From: Mustelus asterias
Lineage: Eukaryota
NCBI RefSeq assembly: GCF_964213995.1
Contig: NC_135823.1
Coordinates: 48,980,001 to 49,044,000 of the forward strand
Direction: 5' to 3'
Length of the DNA: 64,000 bases
This document shows positions 34,640-47,984 of this stretch, piece after piece. The notes under the pieces were generated by a model. The model was not told the DNA's origin. It saw only the letters and a list, made by a program, of their open reading frames with translations, and ran no database searches. Made by a program: the position numbers and the translations under genes. How positions within the stretch are numbered: position 1 is the first letter of the stretch; each line of letters begins with the position of its first letter.

Positions 34640-37600
34640 GAGGAACAACATTCAGCCCCTCAAGCCTGCTCTGCCATTCAATAAGATCGTGGCTGATCTG
34701 ATTGTGGCCTCAACTCCATATTCTGCCTATCTGCAATAACCTCTGACTCCCTTGTTAGTCAAGAATCTATCTACCTCTGGCTTAAAAATATTCAATGATC
34801 CTGCCGTTCTTCAGGGACAAGAGTTCCAAAGAAGCTTATCTCTGTCTTAAATAGGAGACCCCTTATTTTTAAATGGTGTCCTTAGTTATAGTCTCTCACA
34901 AGAGGAAACATTCTTTCAATATTCATCCTGTCAAGTCCTCTCACAATCCTATGTGTTTCAGTAAGATCATCTCTTATTCACCTCCAATGGGTACAAGCCC
35001 AGCCTGTCCAATCTTTCCTCATAAGATAATCACCCCATCCCAGGTTTCAGTTGAGTGAACCTTCTCTGACCTGCTTCTAATGCATTTATATCCTTTCTTA
35101 AATAAGGAGACCAAAGCTGTACACAGTACTCCAGATGTAGTTTCACCGATGCTCTATGCAACACCCCTACTTTTATATTGTATTCCCCTTGTTGCAAGCA
35201 ACAAATTCCATTTGCCTTCCTAATCACTTGCTGCACCTGCACCTGCAGGCTAACTTTTTGTAATTCATGTACTAGGACACCCAGATGCTTCTGTATCTTG
35301 GAGTCCTGCAATCGAGCTCCATTTAAATAATGTGCTGCTTTCCTATCCTTCTTGCCAAAGTGGACAAGTTCACATTTTCTCACATTAGATTCCATCTGCT
35401 AATTATTTTGCCCACTCACTTAACCTATCTATCCCTTTGCAGATTCACTTTGTCCTCTTCACAACTTACTTTCCTACCAACTTCTGTGTCATCAGCAAAT
35501 TTAACAACCACACATTCAGTCCCTTCACAAAAACACAGAAATAGGAACAGAAGTAGACCATATGACCCACTGAGCCTGCTTCACCATTCAATACAATCAT
35601 GGTTGATCTTGGGTTTTAACTCTATTTCCTTGCCTCATCCCCATATTCCTTGAGAGACCAAAATTTTGTCTATCTGATCCTTAGATGCATCCAATAATGA
35701 AGCACCTAGAACCCTCTGAGATGCTAATTTTCCCTGTATCTTGTACAAGTACACTCAAGTCTCTTTAAACATCAACTCTTACAGGTTTCACACCTTTAAA
35801 AAAATATTCTGCTTATTCTTATGATCAAGGTGAATAACTTCACACATTCCTACCTTCTACTCCATCAGTCATCTTGGTGCCAACTCACCTAATCTGTCTA
35901 TGTCTCTTTGCAGCCTCCTTGTGTCCTCCCCACAGCTTACCTTCCCACCGAGCTTGGTATCATCAGCAAGCTCCCTGTCTCTTCATCTAAGTCATTTATA
36001 TAGATTGTAAATAGCTGAGGCCCCAGCACTGTTCCTTGCGGGATTCCACTATTCACTGCCTGCCAAAAAGCCCTGTTCATACCCATTCTCTGTCTTCTAT
36101 CCATTAGCCGATCCTCTATTATACACACCACCCCAACCTGATGAATGTATCACCTTCATCCAAGTCATTGATATAAATTGTTAGTTGAGGCCCCAGCATT
36201 GATCCCTGTGTCACAACTTGCCAACCCAAAAATGACCCATTTATGCCTACTCAGTTTCCTGTTAGCTAACCAATCCTCTATTCATGCTAATTTGTTACCC
36301 CCTAGACCATGTGTAGTAACTTTTGATGTGGCACCTTGTCAAATGCCTTCTGAAAATCTTGGTACAGCACATCCACCGATTTTCCCTTTATTCACATTGC
36401 TTGTTAATTCCTCAAATAACTCTAATAAATTAAGCAAACATTTCACAAAACTATGTTGACCCTGCCTGATTGAAATTTAATTTTCTAAGTACTCCACTAT
36501 AATCTCCTTAATAATGGATTCCAGCAATTTCCCTATGATAGATGTTGAACTAACTGGCCTGTAGTTTCCTGCTTTCTATCTCCCTCCTTTACTGGATCAG
36601 GGAGTCAGATTCCCTATTTTCCAATCTGATGGAACCTTTCCAGAATCTATGGAGTTTTATAAAATTAAAACCAATGCATCTACTATCTCAGCAGCCACTT
36701 GTTTTAAGATTCTAGGATGAGGTTCATCAGGACCTGGGACTTTTCAGCTTTTAGTTCTAATAATTTTCTCAGTACTCTTTCTATGGTGATTGTAATTGTT
36801 TTACGTTCTTTGCTCTGTTTCACCTTCTGATTCACAATTATTCCTGGGATGCTATTTGTATCCTCGACAAAATATTAGTTAAATTTATCAGCAATTTCCT
36901 TAATTTGTCATTATTATTTCCTCAGAATCACTCTCTAGAGGACCAACACTCACGTTACTTACATTTTTTTTCTTTTTAAATATCTGTAAAAACTCTTCTG
37001 TTTTAATATTTCTAGCTAGCTTTCTCTTATACTCTAATTACTTCCTCCTTATTAATCCTTTAGTAATTCTTTGTGTTCTTTGTATTCTGTCCAATCTTTT
37101 GATCTGCCACTCATCTTTGCAGAATTAAATGCTTTTTGTTTAAATCTGATATTATCTTTATCTTCATTAGTTAGCCACTGATGGTGCATCATTCCGTTGG
37201 AGTCTTTCTTTCACACTGGAATGTATCTTTTCTGAGTATTCTGCAATATTTATTTCAATGTCTGCTGCTGCATCTCTCATGACCTGTCCCTTAGCCTGAT
37301 TTCTCAGTTCACTTTAGCCAGCTCTGTCTTCATGCCCTCAAATATGCCCTTATTAAACTTTAAAACACTAGTCTTAGATCCACTCCTCTCTCCCTCAAAC
37401 TGCATGTGAAATTCAATCATATTATGATCATGGCTACCTAGGGGTGCCTTCACAATGATGCCATTAATTAATCCTATCTCATTGCACATTCCCAGATCTA
37501 GTATAACCTGCTCTCTGGTTGATGCTAAAATGTGCTGCTCTAGAATTGGTCCCGAAAACACTGTATAAATTCATCATCCATGAAGGGACTAAGACCTCAC

Positions 37601-39060
37601 CCTGTATAATTCTGTAAATAAAATATAAGTAGCGATATGCTCATTGTTGTCTCAAAATCTATATCTGTCTGTGTCCCTGAAAAAAGGAGTTATCTCGCAG
37701 TATCAGAGAAATCTACACCTTATTATCCTGAAGAGCCATTAATGATTCCACATGGGCTGCACAGATCAAATTCAAAGAGAGCTACACAAGGCATCTGCAT
37801 TTCATAACCCAGGCTGGCCAACTGGAGTGTACTCATCTGCTAAGACAAAGGACCCCACAACCTTCTTTTCAATTCTGAATGATTGGACATTTAACAATCT
37901 CAGGGACCCAGATGAGGGATACATGTCCTTTATCAAAGGCAGTGTGGAGAGATAGGAGTCATGTGACATGGCCTCTAGTGTGTGGAACCAGTAATATTGC
38001 CTTGAGGTACTGTAAAGTCTCAGTCTGCCATTTTACTATCTAGCAAGCAGCAACATAAATAGAGGTCTAGCCCAGGTTGGACACCTGGCCTCATCTACAC
38101 TGCTTTTACTGGAAATTCTGTGCCATCATATGCACAACTAATTCATCTTTTCTGGCCTACCTCATCATGTGAAGTCAATACCACCGGAAAAGTCAAGTAC
38201 ACAGCATTGGTTTTAAGCCTGCCGGCATCCATGAAGGAATACCTAATTGGACTTTGATTCTTGACTATGGAACCTACGTGAAATAATATTTCTTTTGTCT
38301 CTTCCTTGTAAATATTTATTTTTTCTATCCCTCTTTGTGCCCCATTCCCACGTTTTGAGTGTGTGCAAATAAATTAACTCTTTGAGTTCATCCTATCTCC
38401 AGTTTGCTGTGGGGTTATTATCAAAAAATTGGATCACACTGAAGCTGAAGGGTTGGGAAAGGCACCATTGCTTATAAAGGGGAAAACAAATCAAAACACC
38501 TTTCTATTCATGGATAGGTGGTGAGAGGAGAAATTAGTGCTTCGTAAATCAACCCCATCCTGTCTGTAACACTATCTTTGCTGAGCTGATTCAACCAATC
38601 TTTATGTAGATTAAAATCACCCATGATTATTGCCATACATTTCTCACGAGATTTCATTATTTCTTCCCATATGCCCTGTCCTACAGTGTGGTTACTGTTA
38701 GGGGACCTAGAACCCACTCCCACAAGTGACTTCATACCTTTACTGTTTCTACCTCTGCCCAAACTGATTCAACATCTTGATCACCCAAACAAAGCTTATC
38801 CCTCTCTATTCTACCCATGTCATCCTTGATTAACAGAGCTACCCCTCCACCTTTTCCTGACTTCTTGTCCTTCCAAAATGTCACATACCCTTGACTATTC
38901 AGATCACAGTATTTGTCGTCCTGCAGCCATATCTCTGTAATAGCTATCAGATCATGTATATTTATTTCTATTTCTGCTGTCAATTCATATGTTTTGTTAC
39001 AAATGCCAAATGCATTAGACACACAACCTTTAGTTCTGTCTTTTCACTATTTTTGTAACC
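34640..39060 (-). mobile_element. Degenerate CR1 LINE(s), EN to RT to 3' end, with nested CR1 pieces and an LTR-like insert
   Basis: HLEYCVQLWSPYLRKD, GIPQGTVLGPQLFTIYINDLD, LGSHDHNMIEF, IMGDFN and DLIAITEIWL motifs in minus-strand ORFs. Confidence 0.8.
37581..38571 (+). mobile_element. LTR-like insert (TG...CA) within CR1
   Basis: About 990 bp interrupting CR1 EN sequence; begins TGAAGG, ends TGTAACA, with AATAAA near 38368; no clear TSD. Confidence 0.45.
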
Positions 39061-39377
39061 TTTGTTGGAGGGCTGACCATTGCTGGGTCTAGATCCATGT
39101 ATTGCATTGCTTACAGTTTGGTGGCCTGAAAAAGTCATACGCAGGCTACCTGTAAGTCTTTATTGACTCTTAAAACTATTTGCAAATATACAGTAAAGGG
39201 TGCAAGCTAGGACCTGTCTCCATGCTCGCTGTGGCTCTGTCCAACTCTCAACTGACCTTGGGACAGGTCATGTGCTTCTTTCCTCACTTTGTGGGCAGTA
39301 CTGTACTCCCACATTAACCCTATTATGTTCCAGACCCTTTTACTACACATGGATATAGGGAGTCCTCTAGTCCTCCT

Positions 39378-42221
39378 TATTAACATCTGGGGGCTAGTGC
39401 CAAAATTGGGAGAGTTGTCTCACGGACTAGTCAAGCAACAGCCTGACATAGTCATTCTCACGGAATCATACCTTACAGATAACCCCCAGACACCACCATT
39501 ACCATCCCTGGATATGTCCTGTCTCACCAGCAGGACAGACCCAGCAGAGGTGGCGGCACAGTGGTATACAGTCAGGAGGGAGTTGCCCTGGAAGTCCTTA
39601 ACATCAACTCTGGACCCCATGAAGTCTCATGGCTTCAGGTTAAACGTGGGCAAGGAAACCTCTTACTGGTTACCACGTACCGTCCTCTTTTGGCTGATGA
39701 ATCAGTATTCCTCCATGTTGAGCAACACTTGGAGGAAGCACTGAGGGTGGCAAGGGCACAAAATGTACTCTGGATGCGGGATTTCAATGTCCATCACCAA
39801 GAATGGCTCAGTAGCAGCACTACTGATCGAGCTGGTCGGGTCCTAAAGGATATAACTGCTAGACTGGGTCTGCCGCAGGTGGTGAAGGAACCAACAAGAG
39901 GAAATAACATACTTGACCTCATCCTTACCAATCTGTCGGCTGCATATGCATCTGTCCATGACAATATTGGCAAGAGTGATCACCGCACAGTCCTTGTGGA
40001 GACAAAGTCCCGCCTTCACATTGAGAATAACCTCTATCGTGTTGTGTGGCACTATCACCATGTTAAATGGGACAGACTTCGAACCGATCTAGCAACTCAA
40101 GACTGGGCATCCATGAGGCGCTGTGGACCACCAACAGCAGCAGAATTGTACTCCAGCACAATCTGCAACCTCATGGCCCAGCATATCCCCCACTCAACCA
40201 TTACCATCAAGCCGGGGGATCAACCCTGGTTCAATGGAGAGTGTAGGAGGACAGGCCAGGAGCAGCACCAGGCATACCTAAAAATGAGGTGTCAACCTGG
40301 TGAAGCTACCAAACAGGACTACTTGCATGCCAAATGGAAAAAACAGCAAGTAATAGACAGAGCTAAGCGATCCCACAATCAACGGATCAGATCTAAGCTC
40401 TGCAATCCTTCCACATCCAGTCGAGAATGGTGGTGGGCAATTAAACAACTAACTGGAGGAGGAGGCTCCACAAATATCCCCATCCTCAATGATGGAGGAG
40501 CCCAGCACATCAGTGTAAAAGGTAAGGCTGAAACATTTGCAGCAATCTTCAGCCAGAGGTACCAAGTGGATGATCCATCTTGGCCTCCTCCAGTGGTCCC
40601 CAGCATCTCAGATGCCAGTTGCCAGCCAATTTGATTCACTCCATATGATATCAAGAAATGTTTGGAGACACTGGATATTGCAAAGACAATGGGCTCTGAT
40701 AACATTCCAGCAATAGTACTGAAGACTTGTGCTCCAGAACTTGCCGCTCCCCCAGCCAAGCTCTTTCTGTACAGTAACAACACTGGCATCCACCCAACAA
40801 TGTGGAAAATTGGCTAGGGGTATGTCCTGTACACAAAAAGCAGGACAAATCCAACCCGGCCAATTACCGCCTAATCAGTCTACTCTCAATCATCAGTAAA
40901 ATGATGGAAGGGGTAATCGACAGTGCTATCAAGCAGCACCTGCTCAGCAATAACCTGCTTAATGACGCCCAGTTTGGGTTTCATCAGGGTCACTCAGCTC
41001 CTGACCTCATTACAGCCTTGGTTCAAACATGGACAAAAGAGCTGAATTCCAGAGGCGAGAGTGACAGCACTTGATATCAAGGCCGCATTCGACTGATTGT
41101 GGCATCAAGGAGCCCTGGCGAAACTGGAATCAATGGGTATCAGGGGCAAACTCTCCACTGGTTGGAGTCATACCTGGTACATAGGAAGATGGTTGTGGTT
41201 GTGAAGGGTCAGTCATCTCAGCTCCACGACATCTCTGCAGGGTCTCTCAGGGTAGTGTCCTAGGCCCAACAATCTTCAGCTGCTTCATCAATGACCTTCC
41301 CTCCGTCATAAGGCCAGAAGTGGGGATGTTTGCCGATGATTGCACAATATTCAGCACCATTCGTGATTCTTCAGATACTGAAGCAGTCCATGTTCAAATG
41401 CAACAAGATCGGGACAATATCTAGGCTTGGGCTGACAAGGGGCAAGTAACATTCGTGCCACACAAATGTCAGGCAATTACCATCACCAATAAGAGACACT
41501 CTAACCACTGCTCCTTGACATTCAATGGTGTAACCATCACTGAATCCCCCACTGTCAACATCCTTGGGGTTACCATTGACCAGAAACTCAACTGGACTCA
41601 CCACATAAACACAGTGACTACAAGAGCAGGTCAGAGGCTAGGAATATTGTGGCGAGTAACTCACCTCCTGACTCCCCAAAGCCTTTCCACCACCTCCAAG
41701 GCACAAGTCAGGAATGTGATGGAATAATGCCCACTTGCCTGGATGGGTGCAACTCCAACAACACTCAAGAAGCTTGACACCATCCAGAACAAAGCAGCCC
41801 GCTTGATTGGCGCCACATCTACAAACATTCAATCCCTTCATCACCAACGCTCAGTCGCAGCAGTGTGTACTATCTAAGAGATGCACTGCAGCAATTCACC
41901 AAAGATCCATAGACAGCACCTTCTACACCCACGACCACTTCCATCTAGGACAAGGGCAGCAGATAAATGGGAACACCACCACCTGCAAGTTCCCCGCCAA
42001 GCCACTCACCATCCTGACTTGGAAATATATTGCCATTCCTTCACAGTCACTGGGTCAAAATCCTGGAATTCCCTCCCTAACAACAATGTGGGTCAACCCA
42101 CAGAACATGGACTGCAGCGATTCAAGAAGGCAGCTCACCACCACCACCTTCTCTAGGGCAACTAGGGATGGGCAATAAATGCTGGCCAGAAAGCGACGCC
42201 CATGTCCCATGAATGAATAAA
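39378..42221 (+). mobile_element. Nearly full ORF2 CR1/L2-group LINE (APE endonuclease and RT), frameshifted
   Basis: QQPDIVILTESYL, RDFNVHH, LDLILTN, SDH, NYRLISLLSIISKMME, DIKAAFD, QGSVLGP and MFADDC motifs; 3' tail ending GAATGAATAAAA. Confidence 0.9.
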
Positions 42222-43109
42222 ACAAAACTACACCCATGTAGTTAGCTTTTGCTGGTCATCATATATGACATCCATTTTGTAGTGGCTGGGGCCTTTGGAA
42301 CAGGAAAAAGAATTGCTGATTATTTTTCCTCCCTCCGCTCTCTGAAACCTCAGGACAGTAAGGCTATGTTCTGCTGGCCAAAACCAGTTAACTCAGCACA
42401 GGCTGGGGATTTTAACCTAGAGTCTTGTGTGTCTTCAGTGGGAAACAGGGCAGTGCATTCAGCTACAGAATCAGCTAGGCAATGCCATGTTCTAAGAAAT
42501 GAAAATTCCTGCTGATAGTTTCCAACATTAGTGAAATACATACAGGCTGTATAGAGAAAGCAGCTCTTCAGGGGCCTTAATCGTGGTCTGCCTTAGAGTT
42601 CCTATTCCTGGTCAGGTTTGACTTGTTTCCTGTGTTGTCATACATCAAAATGCATCCTCTTAGTTTGCAAAAGGTGTTATTATGTTGGCGTAGAAATAAG
42701 TACAGCCAGTTAAGATCTGTCTGTGAGGAATGCATTAAAACCTTCAAACTCCCTTTATTGCAGTATAGGAGATCGTGATTCTGTCACACCCAGGTATAAG
42801 GCTCATAAACATTTTACTACAAGACCTCAGTCACTGCTTGTAACTTCTAAACCATCTCTTAACCATTTAACTGTGCTACAGGTTAAACTATGGCTGAAAC
42901 TTTACAAAGCTATTCTGTGCTAAGTTTCCATTGTTTAGAGCTCTGTCTGTAACTAACCTCCACCATACTTTGCTACAGTGTTTCTCTCAATCAATACCTT
43001 TAAAACTTTCCTCAGAACTTGTTTGACGTCACTTTTGCTCCGAGCTCTCTGATGCTAAGAGTCTGCTCATTTTTTCCTCTGTGAATCTTTGTGGTCTCTT
43101 TGTTATGTT

Positions 43110-43890
43110 AAGCTGTGGCTCAGTAGGCAGCACTTTTACCTCTTAGTCATAATATGGATCAAAGTCCCAAACCTGAGACTTGAGCACAAAATCTAGGCCA
43201 GTAAGCCTGCTGCGATATTGAGGGATGCCATCACTTTGGAAGAAAAGCAAGACGGCAGATTGCTACCTGAATGGCTGTAAATTGGGAGAGGGGAATGTGC
43301 AGCGGGACCTGGGTATCCTTGTACACCAGTCACTGAAGATAACATGCAAGTGCAGCAAGCGGTAAAGAAGGCAAATGGCATGTTGGTCTTCATTGCAAGA
43401 GGTTTCAAGTACAGGAGCAGGGATGTGTTGTTGCAACTATACAGGGCCAATGCAATCAAAGGTTATGTGGAAAAAGCAGGATTAGGTTATTGAGTTGGAT
43501 GATCAGCCATGAGCTTAATGAATGGCGGAGCAGGCTCGAAGAGCCAAATGGCCTCCTCGTGCTTCTATCTTTCTATGTTTCTATGTTTTAATATTTCTAT
43601 CATTGGGATGAGACATTAGACTGAGACCCAGTCTGCCCTCTTAGGTGGAGATAGGATAGCCCATGATACTCTTTGTAGAGTTTTTCCCTGTTTCTTGGTT
43701 AATATTTATCCCTTAACCTACACTGCTAAAACAGATTATCTGATCATTTGTCTTGTGGTTGTCTGTGGAAGCTTGCTGTGCAAAAATTGGCTGCTGTGTT
43801 TCCTATATTCCAACAGTCACTGCACTCAAAAAATATTTAATTGGCTGTAAAGTACTTTCAGATCTCCTGAGATCGTGAAAGGCAGAAGTA
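43110..43890 (+). mobile_element. Deu-domain SINE interrupted by CR1 fragments (about 43235-43590)
   Basis: tRNA-like head TGGCTCAGTAGG; Deu-like body as at 575-1020; CR1 QQAVKKANGML inside. Confidence 0.55.
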
Positions 43891-44929
43891 TCTCTATTCC
43901 TTTCTTTGTTAAAAGTGCTTTATAAACACATGTTTTTTAGTAGTGTTTGGCATCTGTCACATGGGAGGAAGAATCAGATTTTAAGGACTTTCCTATGAAT
44001 GTGCAGTAATTTTATAATTACATTTTTTTCATGTTTCTTTTAACCAATTTTGTTAACTCCCTCAAACAGCCATTTTTGACATGCAGGCTGAGCCAGTGAG
44101 TGCCCAGGGGAGGAAGTAGATAAAAAGTATCATGCTTTGGGATTGTTAGACAAGATATTCTCCTTGGTTTCAATGTCATTAGTCACTCCCATAAGTGGTT
44201 CTCATATCTCCTAGGAGCCTGATGGCACCTTTATTGCTCAAAATTTAGAGAACTCTTATCAGTGTACTCTAACTTTTTAATGTCACATTTCACCATGTGA
44301 ACATCATAACTAAGCCCTGCCTTGACTTCATGTGTTGCTGACAATGCACACTTTACAGTGAGGATTGCTGCATGTGACAGGATGACAAGTTCCAACTGAC
44401 TTGTTTTCTAGCCCAGACGCACTGAGGTCATACTGCCTGCCTGTGATTGGTTAACTCACTACAGATCATTAAGGAGCCAGATCTGAATGATCCTAATTCC
44501 ACAATGGGCGGCTTCTTATCAAATAAGGCACTGAGTAAGCAGCGGGGTCTTCCTGCAATTATGACAACACCATAGCACTCATTGCCTGTGTCCCAGCAGA
44601 TGTAATGCTTACAACATGATCTGGTCGCTAGAAACCATGTGATGGCATTGCAATGGAGAATGTGGAGTGGGTTAATCTTGGACTTCAGTCTGCTAGAAAA
44701 TACCCCCAAATACCGCCATCTCTGATTCTGCGAGACTGCATCACATAACTTAGAAACACTGCCAACCTGCCATTGTTCATTGACACATCTGCCCTGTGGT
44801 GTCTCACTTTCCCACACCAATTGTAAAGCAAACAGAATTTTTGTTACCCAAATTGGATGATTCTTTGCGATCAGTTAAACATAATTTTCTCCCCTAATTT
44901 CCTATTAGTTCTTCAAAAATAAGAAAGGG

Positions 44930-45610
44930 ACATGGATTTTTGTAGTTCCTTTCAGAAAGTCAAAATACTCCACATGCTTTACAATTAATACCGTGTAGAT
45001 TGAAGGGTAGTCTCGTTTGCAATGTTGAAAATGCAGCAACCAATTTACATACAGCAAACTTCCCGAATCAGAAATATGCTAATGACCAGATCATCTGTTT
45101 CTGTGATGTTGGTTGAGAGATAAACATTGGTCAGAACAATGGGCAGAACTCCCCTATTCGACCATGGGATCCTTACATCTATCTTGGTTTGGGACGATCC
45201 TTTAAAACAGAGATGAGGAGGAATTTCTTCAGCCAGAGAGTGGTGAATCTGTGGAACTCTTGCCGCAGAAGTCTGTGGAACTCTTTGGCACAGAAGGCTG
45301 TGGAGGCCAGGTCATTGAGTGTCTTTAAGACAGAGATAGATAGGTTCTTGATTAATAAGAAGATCTGGGGTTATGGGGAAAAGGCAGGAGAATGGGGATG
45401 AGAGAAATATCAGCCATGATTGAATGGTGGAGCAGACTCGATGGGCTAAGAATTCTGCTCCTATGTCTTATGGTTTAATGTCTCATCCAAAGGATAGCAC
45501 TCTGTCGGCATTCCCTTAGTAGTGCACTGGGACTATCAGCCTAGTAACACAATCAGCTCTGTGGGGGGCGGGACATGAGAACTCACATGAGACTGATTGA
45601 AGAATGTGCT
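44930..45610 (-). mobile_element. Deu-domain SINE (minus) split by a CR1 3' end (plus, about 45189-45472)
   Basis: CR1 MRRNFFSQRVVNLWNS and GCTCCTATGTCTTATGGT tail; flanks match the Deu-SINE reverse complement. Confidence 0.55.
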
Positions 45611-45647
45611 ACCCACTGAGTCAAAGCTGACGCTAATGTAACTATTG

Positions 45648-46297
45648 AACAAAGAAACAAAGAACAAAGAAAAGTACAGCACAGGAACAGGTTCTTCGGC
45701 CCTCTAAGCCAGTGCCGATCATGATGCCTGAGCTAAACTAAAAAAACCTTTACTCAGTCCGTATCCCTCGACTTTCTCCCTATTCATGTACTTATCCAGA
45801 TGCCTCTTAAATGTTGCTAATGTGCCTCCTTCCATCACCTCCTCTGCTAGCGTGTTCCAGGCACCCACCACTCTCTGCGTGAAAAACTTCCCCACACATT
45901 TCCCTTAAACCTTCCCCCTCTCACATTGAACCCGTGTCCCCTTGTAATTGACACTTCCACCCGAGGAAAAAGTCTCTGACTATCTACACTGTCTATGCTT
46001 CTCAATTCTGTAGACCTCTAACAGGTCTCCCCTCAACCTCTGTCCTTCCAGTGAAAACAATCCTAGCTTATTCAACCTCTCCTCATAGTCAGCACCCTTG
46101 AGACCAGGCAACATCCTGGTGAACATTCTTTGCACTCTCTCCAAAGCTTCCACGTCCTTCTGATAGTGTGGTGACCAGAACAGCACGCAATACTCCAAAT
46201 GCGGCCTAACCAAGGTTTTATATAGCTGCAACATGATTTCCCAACTCTTGTACTCAATGCCCCAGCTGATGAAGGCAAGCATGCCATATAACTTCTT
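45648..46297 (-). mobile_element. CR1 LINE 3' end
   Basis: LQLYKTLVRPHLEYCVLFWSPHYQKDVEALERVQR; (GAACAAA)n-like microsatellite tail. Confidence 0.85.
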
Positions 46298-47449
46298 ATT
46301 GGTTGATAAATGAATCATTTGTACCCATGGAAGCTGCTGGTTTGTTTAAAACACAAAATTGGTTCACCTTCCGGGAAGGAAATCCTGCTACCCAACTGAA
46401 TGTAGCCTATATGTAACCTACTTGTGGGGACCCTGCGCAAAGGTTCATTTTGGGGACCCTACATTTTACTAGCCTAAAATGCTGAATAAAACCAGTGGAA
46501 ACTGGTGTCAATTCTGCTCACATACAATGCTAATTGGGCCTATTTGCATCAAGTGATATAAAAATAATTGCCAAATGATCAGGGGTTAGCTGTAACCATT
46601 CTGGAGGTGCCTTTTATGGGGTCTGCTCAGGGCCCTGACACAGGAACAGGAGGAGGCCATTCAGCCCCTCAAACATTTTCACTATTCAGTTAGATCAGGC
46701 CTGATCTGTACTTTAACTTCATTCACCTGCCCTTGATGCTCTTTACTCAACAAAAATCCATCAATCTCTCAAAAACTCTCAACTCTCCCTGGGCACTGTA
46801 ACCTTTTGGGGGGAAAGAGTTCCAGATTTCCATTACTCTTTGTGTGAAATAGTGATTCCTGAGCCCATCCTTGAAGAACCTGGCTCTGAATTTAAGATTA
46901 TTTCCCCCTTTTCTGAATTTTTCCCATTAGAGGAAATCGTTTATCTATGTCTAATTTAATCCCTTCATCATTTTAAACACCTCAATTAGATCACCCCTCA
47001 ACTTTACACACTCAAGGGGATACAATGTAAACTGTCCTCGCTATTCAACTCCTTAAGCCCCGACTAGCTTGAGGCAGTTGGCGCATCGTACTAAACACTC
47101 TGTAGCACCCCTAATGTCCCTGGGACGGTACGTTCTGCAAGTCACACTCAAACCCCGCATGAAAATATTAACACAGTTCGGAGAATTGCTTCTCCATAGC
47201 CTTGATTTCTAATGTATTCGATCTGATTGCTATTTGGCCATGCGCTAAATTATTTTGCACTAAATGAATAAAATATCAGTGCCTGAAACTTACAGCAAGT
47301 AGCTGTGAGGGGCAAACATATCTTGCTGTTACAGGTGGGACACTGACCCAGGTACAAGCAACAGAACACGCCTGAAAACTTAACCTGCCTCTGCTGGTTT
47401 CAGATGCTGACTGAGCCACTGCGCTTTCTGAAGGGAAAAAAAAATGCAG

Positions 47450-47973
47450 CTTTAAAAAGATCGCCGCCGCCGCCAGCCCCTTCAATGGTTGCTCGGAATT
47501 TCCAGTGTGCAACGTGAAATCAGGCGAACCATTTTCAAGTTGGAATAAAAGAAGGGGAGTGTAAAGCGGGCGGCGGTGTTTTAGAGGAGTGTTTTGATGA
47601 TGGTGTTGATGTTAGATTGGGAGCTGTTTGATGGTGAGGGAGGGTGTGGTGCTGCTTTAACGGGGAGGTGCAGAGTTTGCTCCGGGCATGCGCTCACCGG
47701 CTCGGATGGAGTTGAGGGGAAACGCGACGAGAAATCGGTGCAATTTCACCCGGAGAAACTGACAGCGGCTCCGAGCGGGGCTCAACCCCGGAGCCGCCCC
47801 GCTCCCGCTCCCCCTCCCGCCGGCCCCCGCCACAGATCAGCGCCCCCCCCCCCCCCATCCCAGCTGGAAAACTGGGATCGCCACCCGCTTTGGACTGGAA
47901 AGGATTCCAGATTGGGAGCGATCGGGAGGCTCGGGATCTGAATGACTGGCATCGAGAGGCAGCTCCGCCACAG
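47450..47973 (+). promoter_or_regulatory. CpG-island promoter and non-coding first exon of a divergent gene (GLIS2 by synteny, not confirmed)
   Basis: CpG-rich with GC boxes (CCGCCC near 47794) and a strong donor CAG|GTAAGA at 47973/47974. No GLIS2 coding sequence is present in the window. Confidence 0.55.
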
Positions 47974-47984
47974 GTAAGATCCCA

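Noticed and set aside
39561-40634. 357-aa ORF as a possible host gene
   Set aside because: It is the endonuclease and linker part of a frameshifted LINE ORF2.
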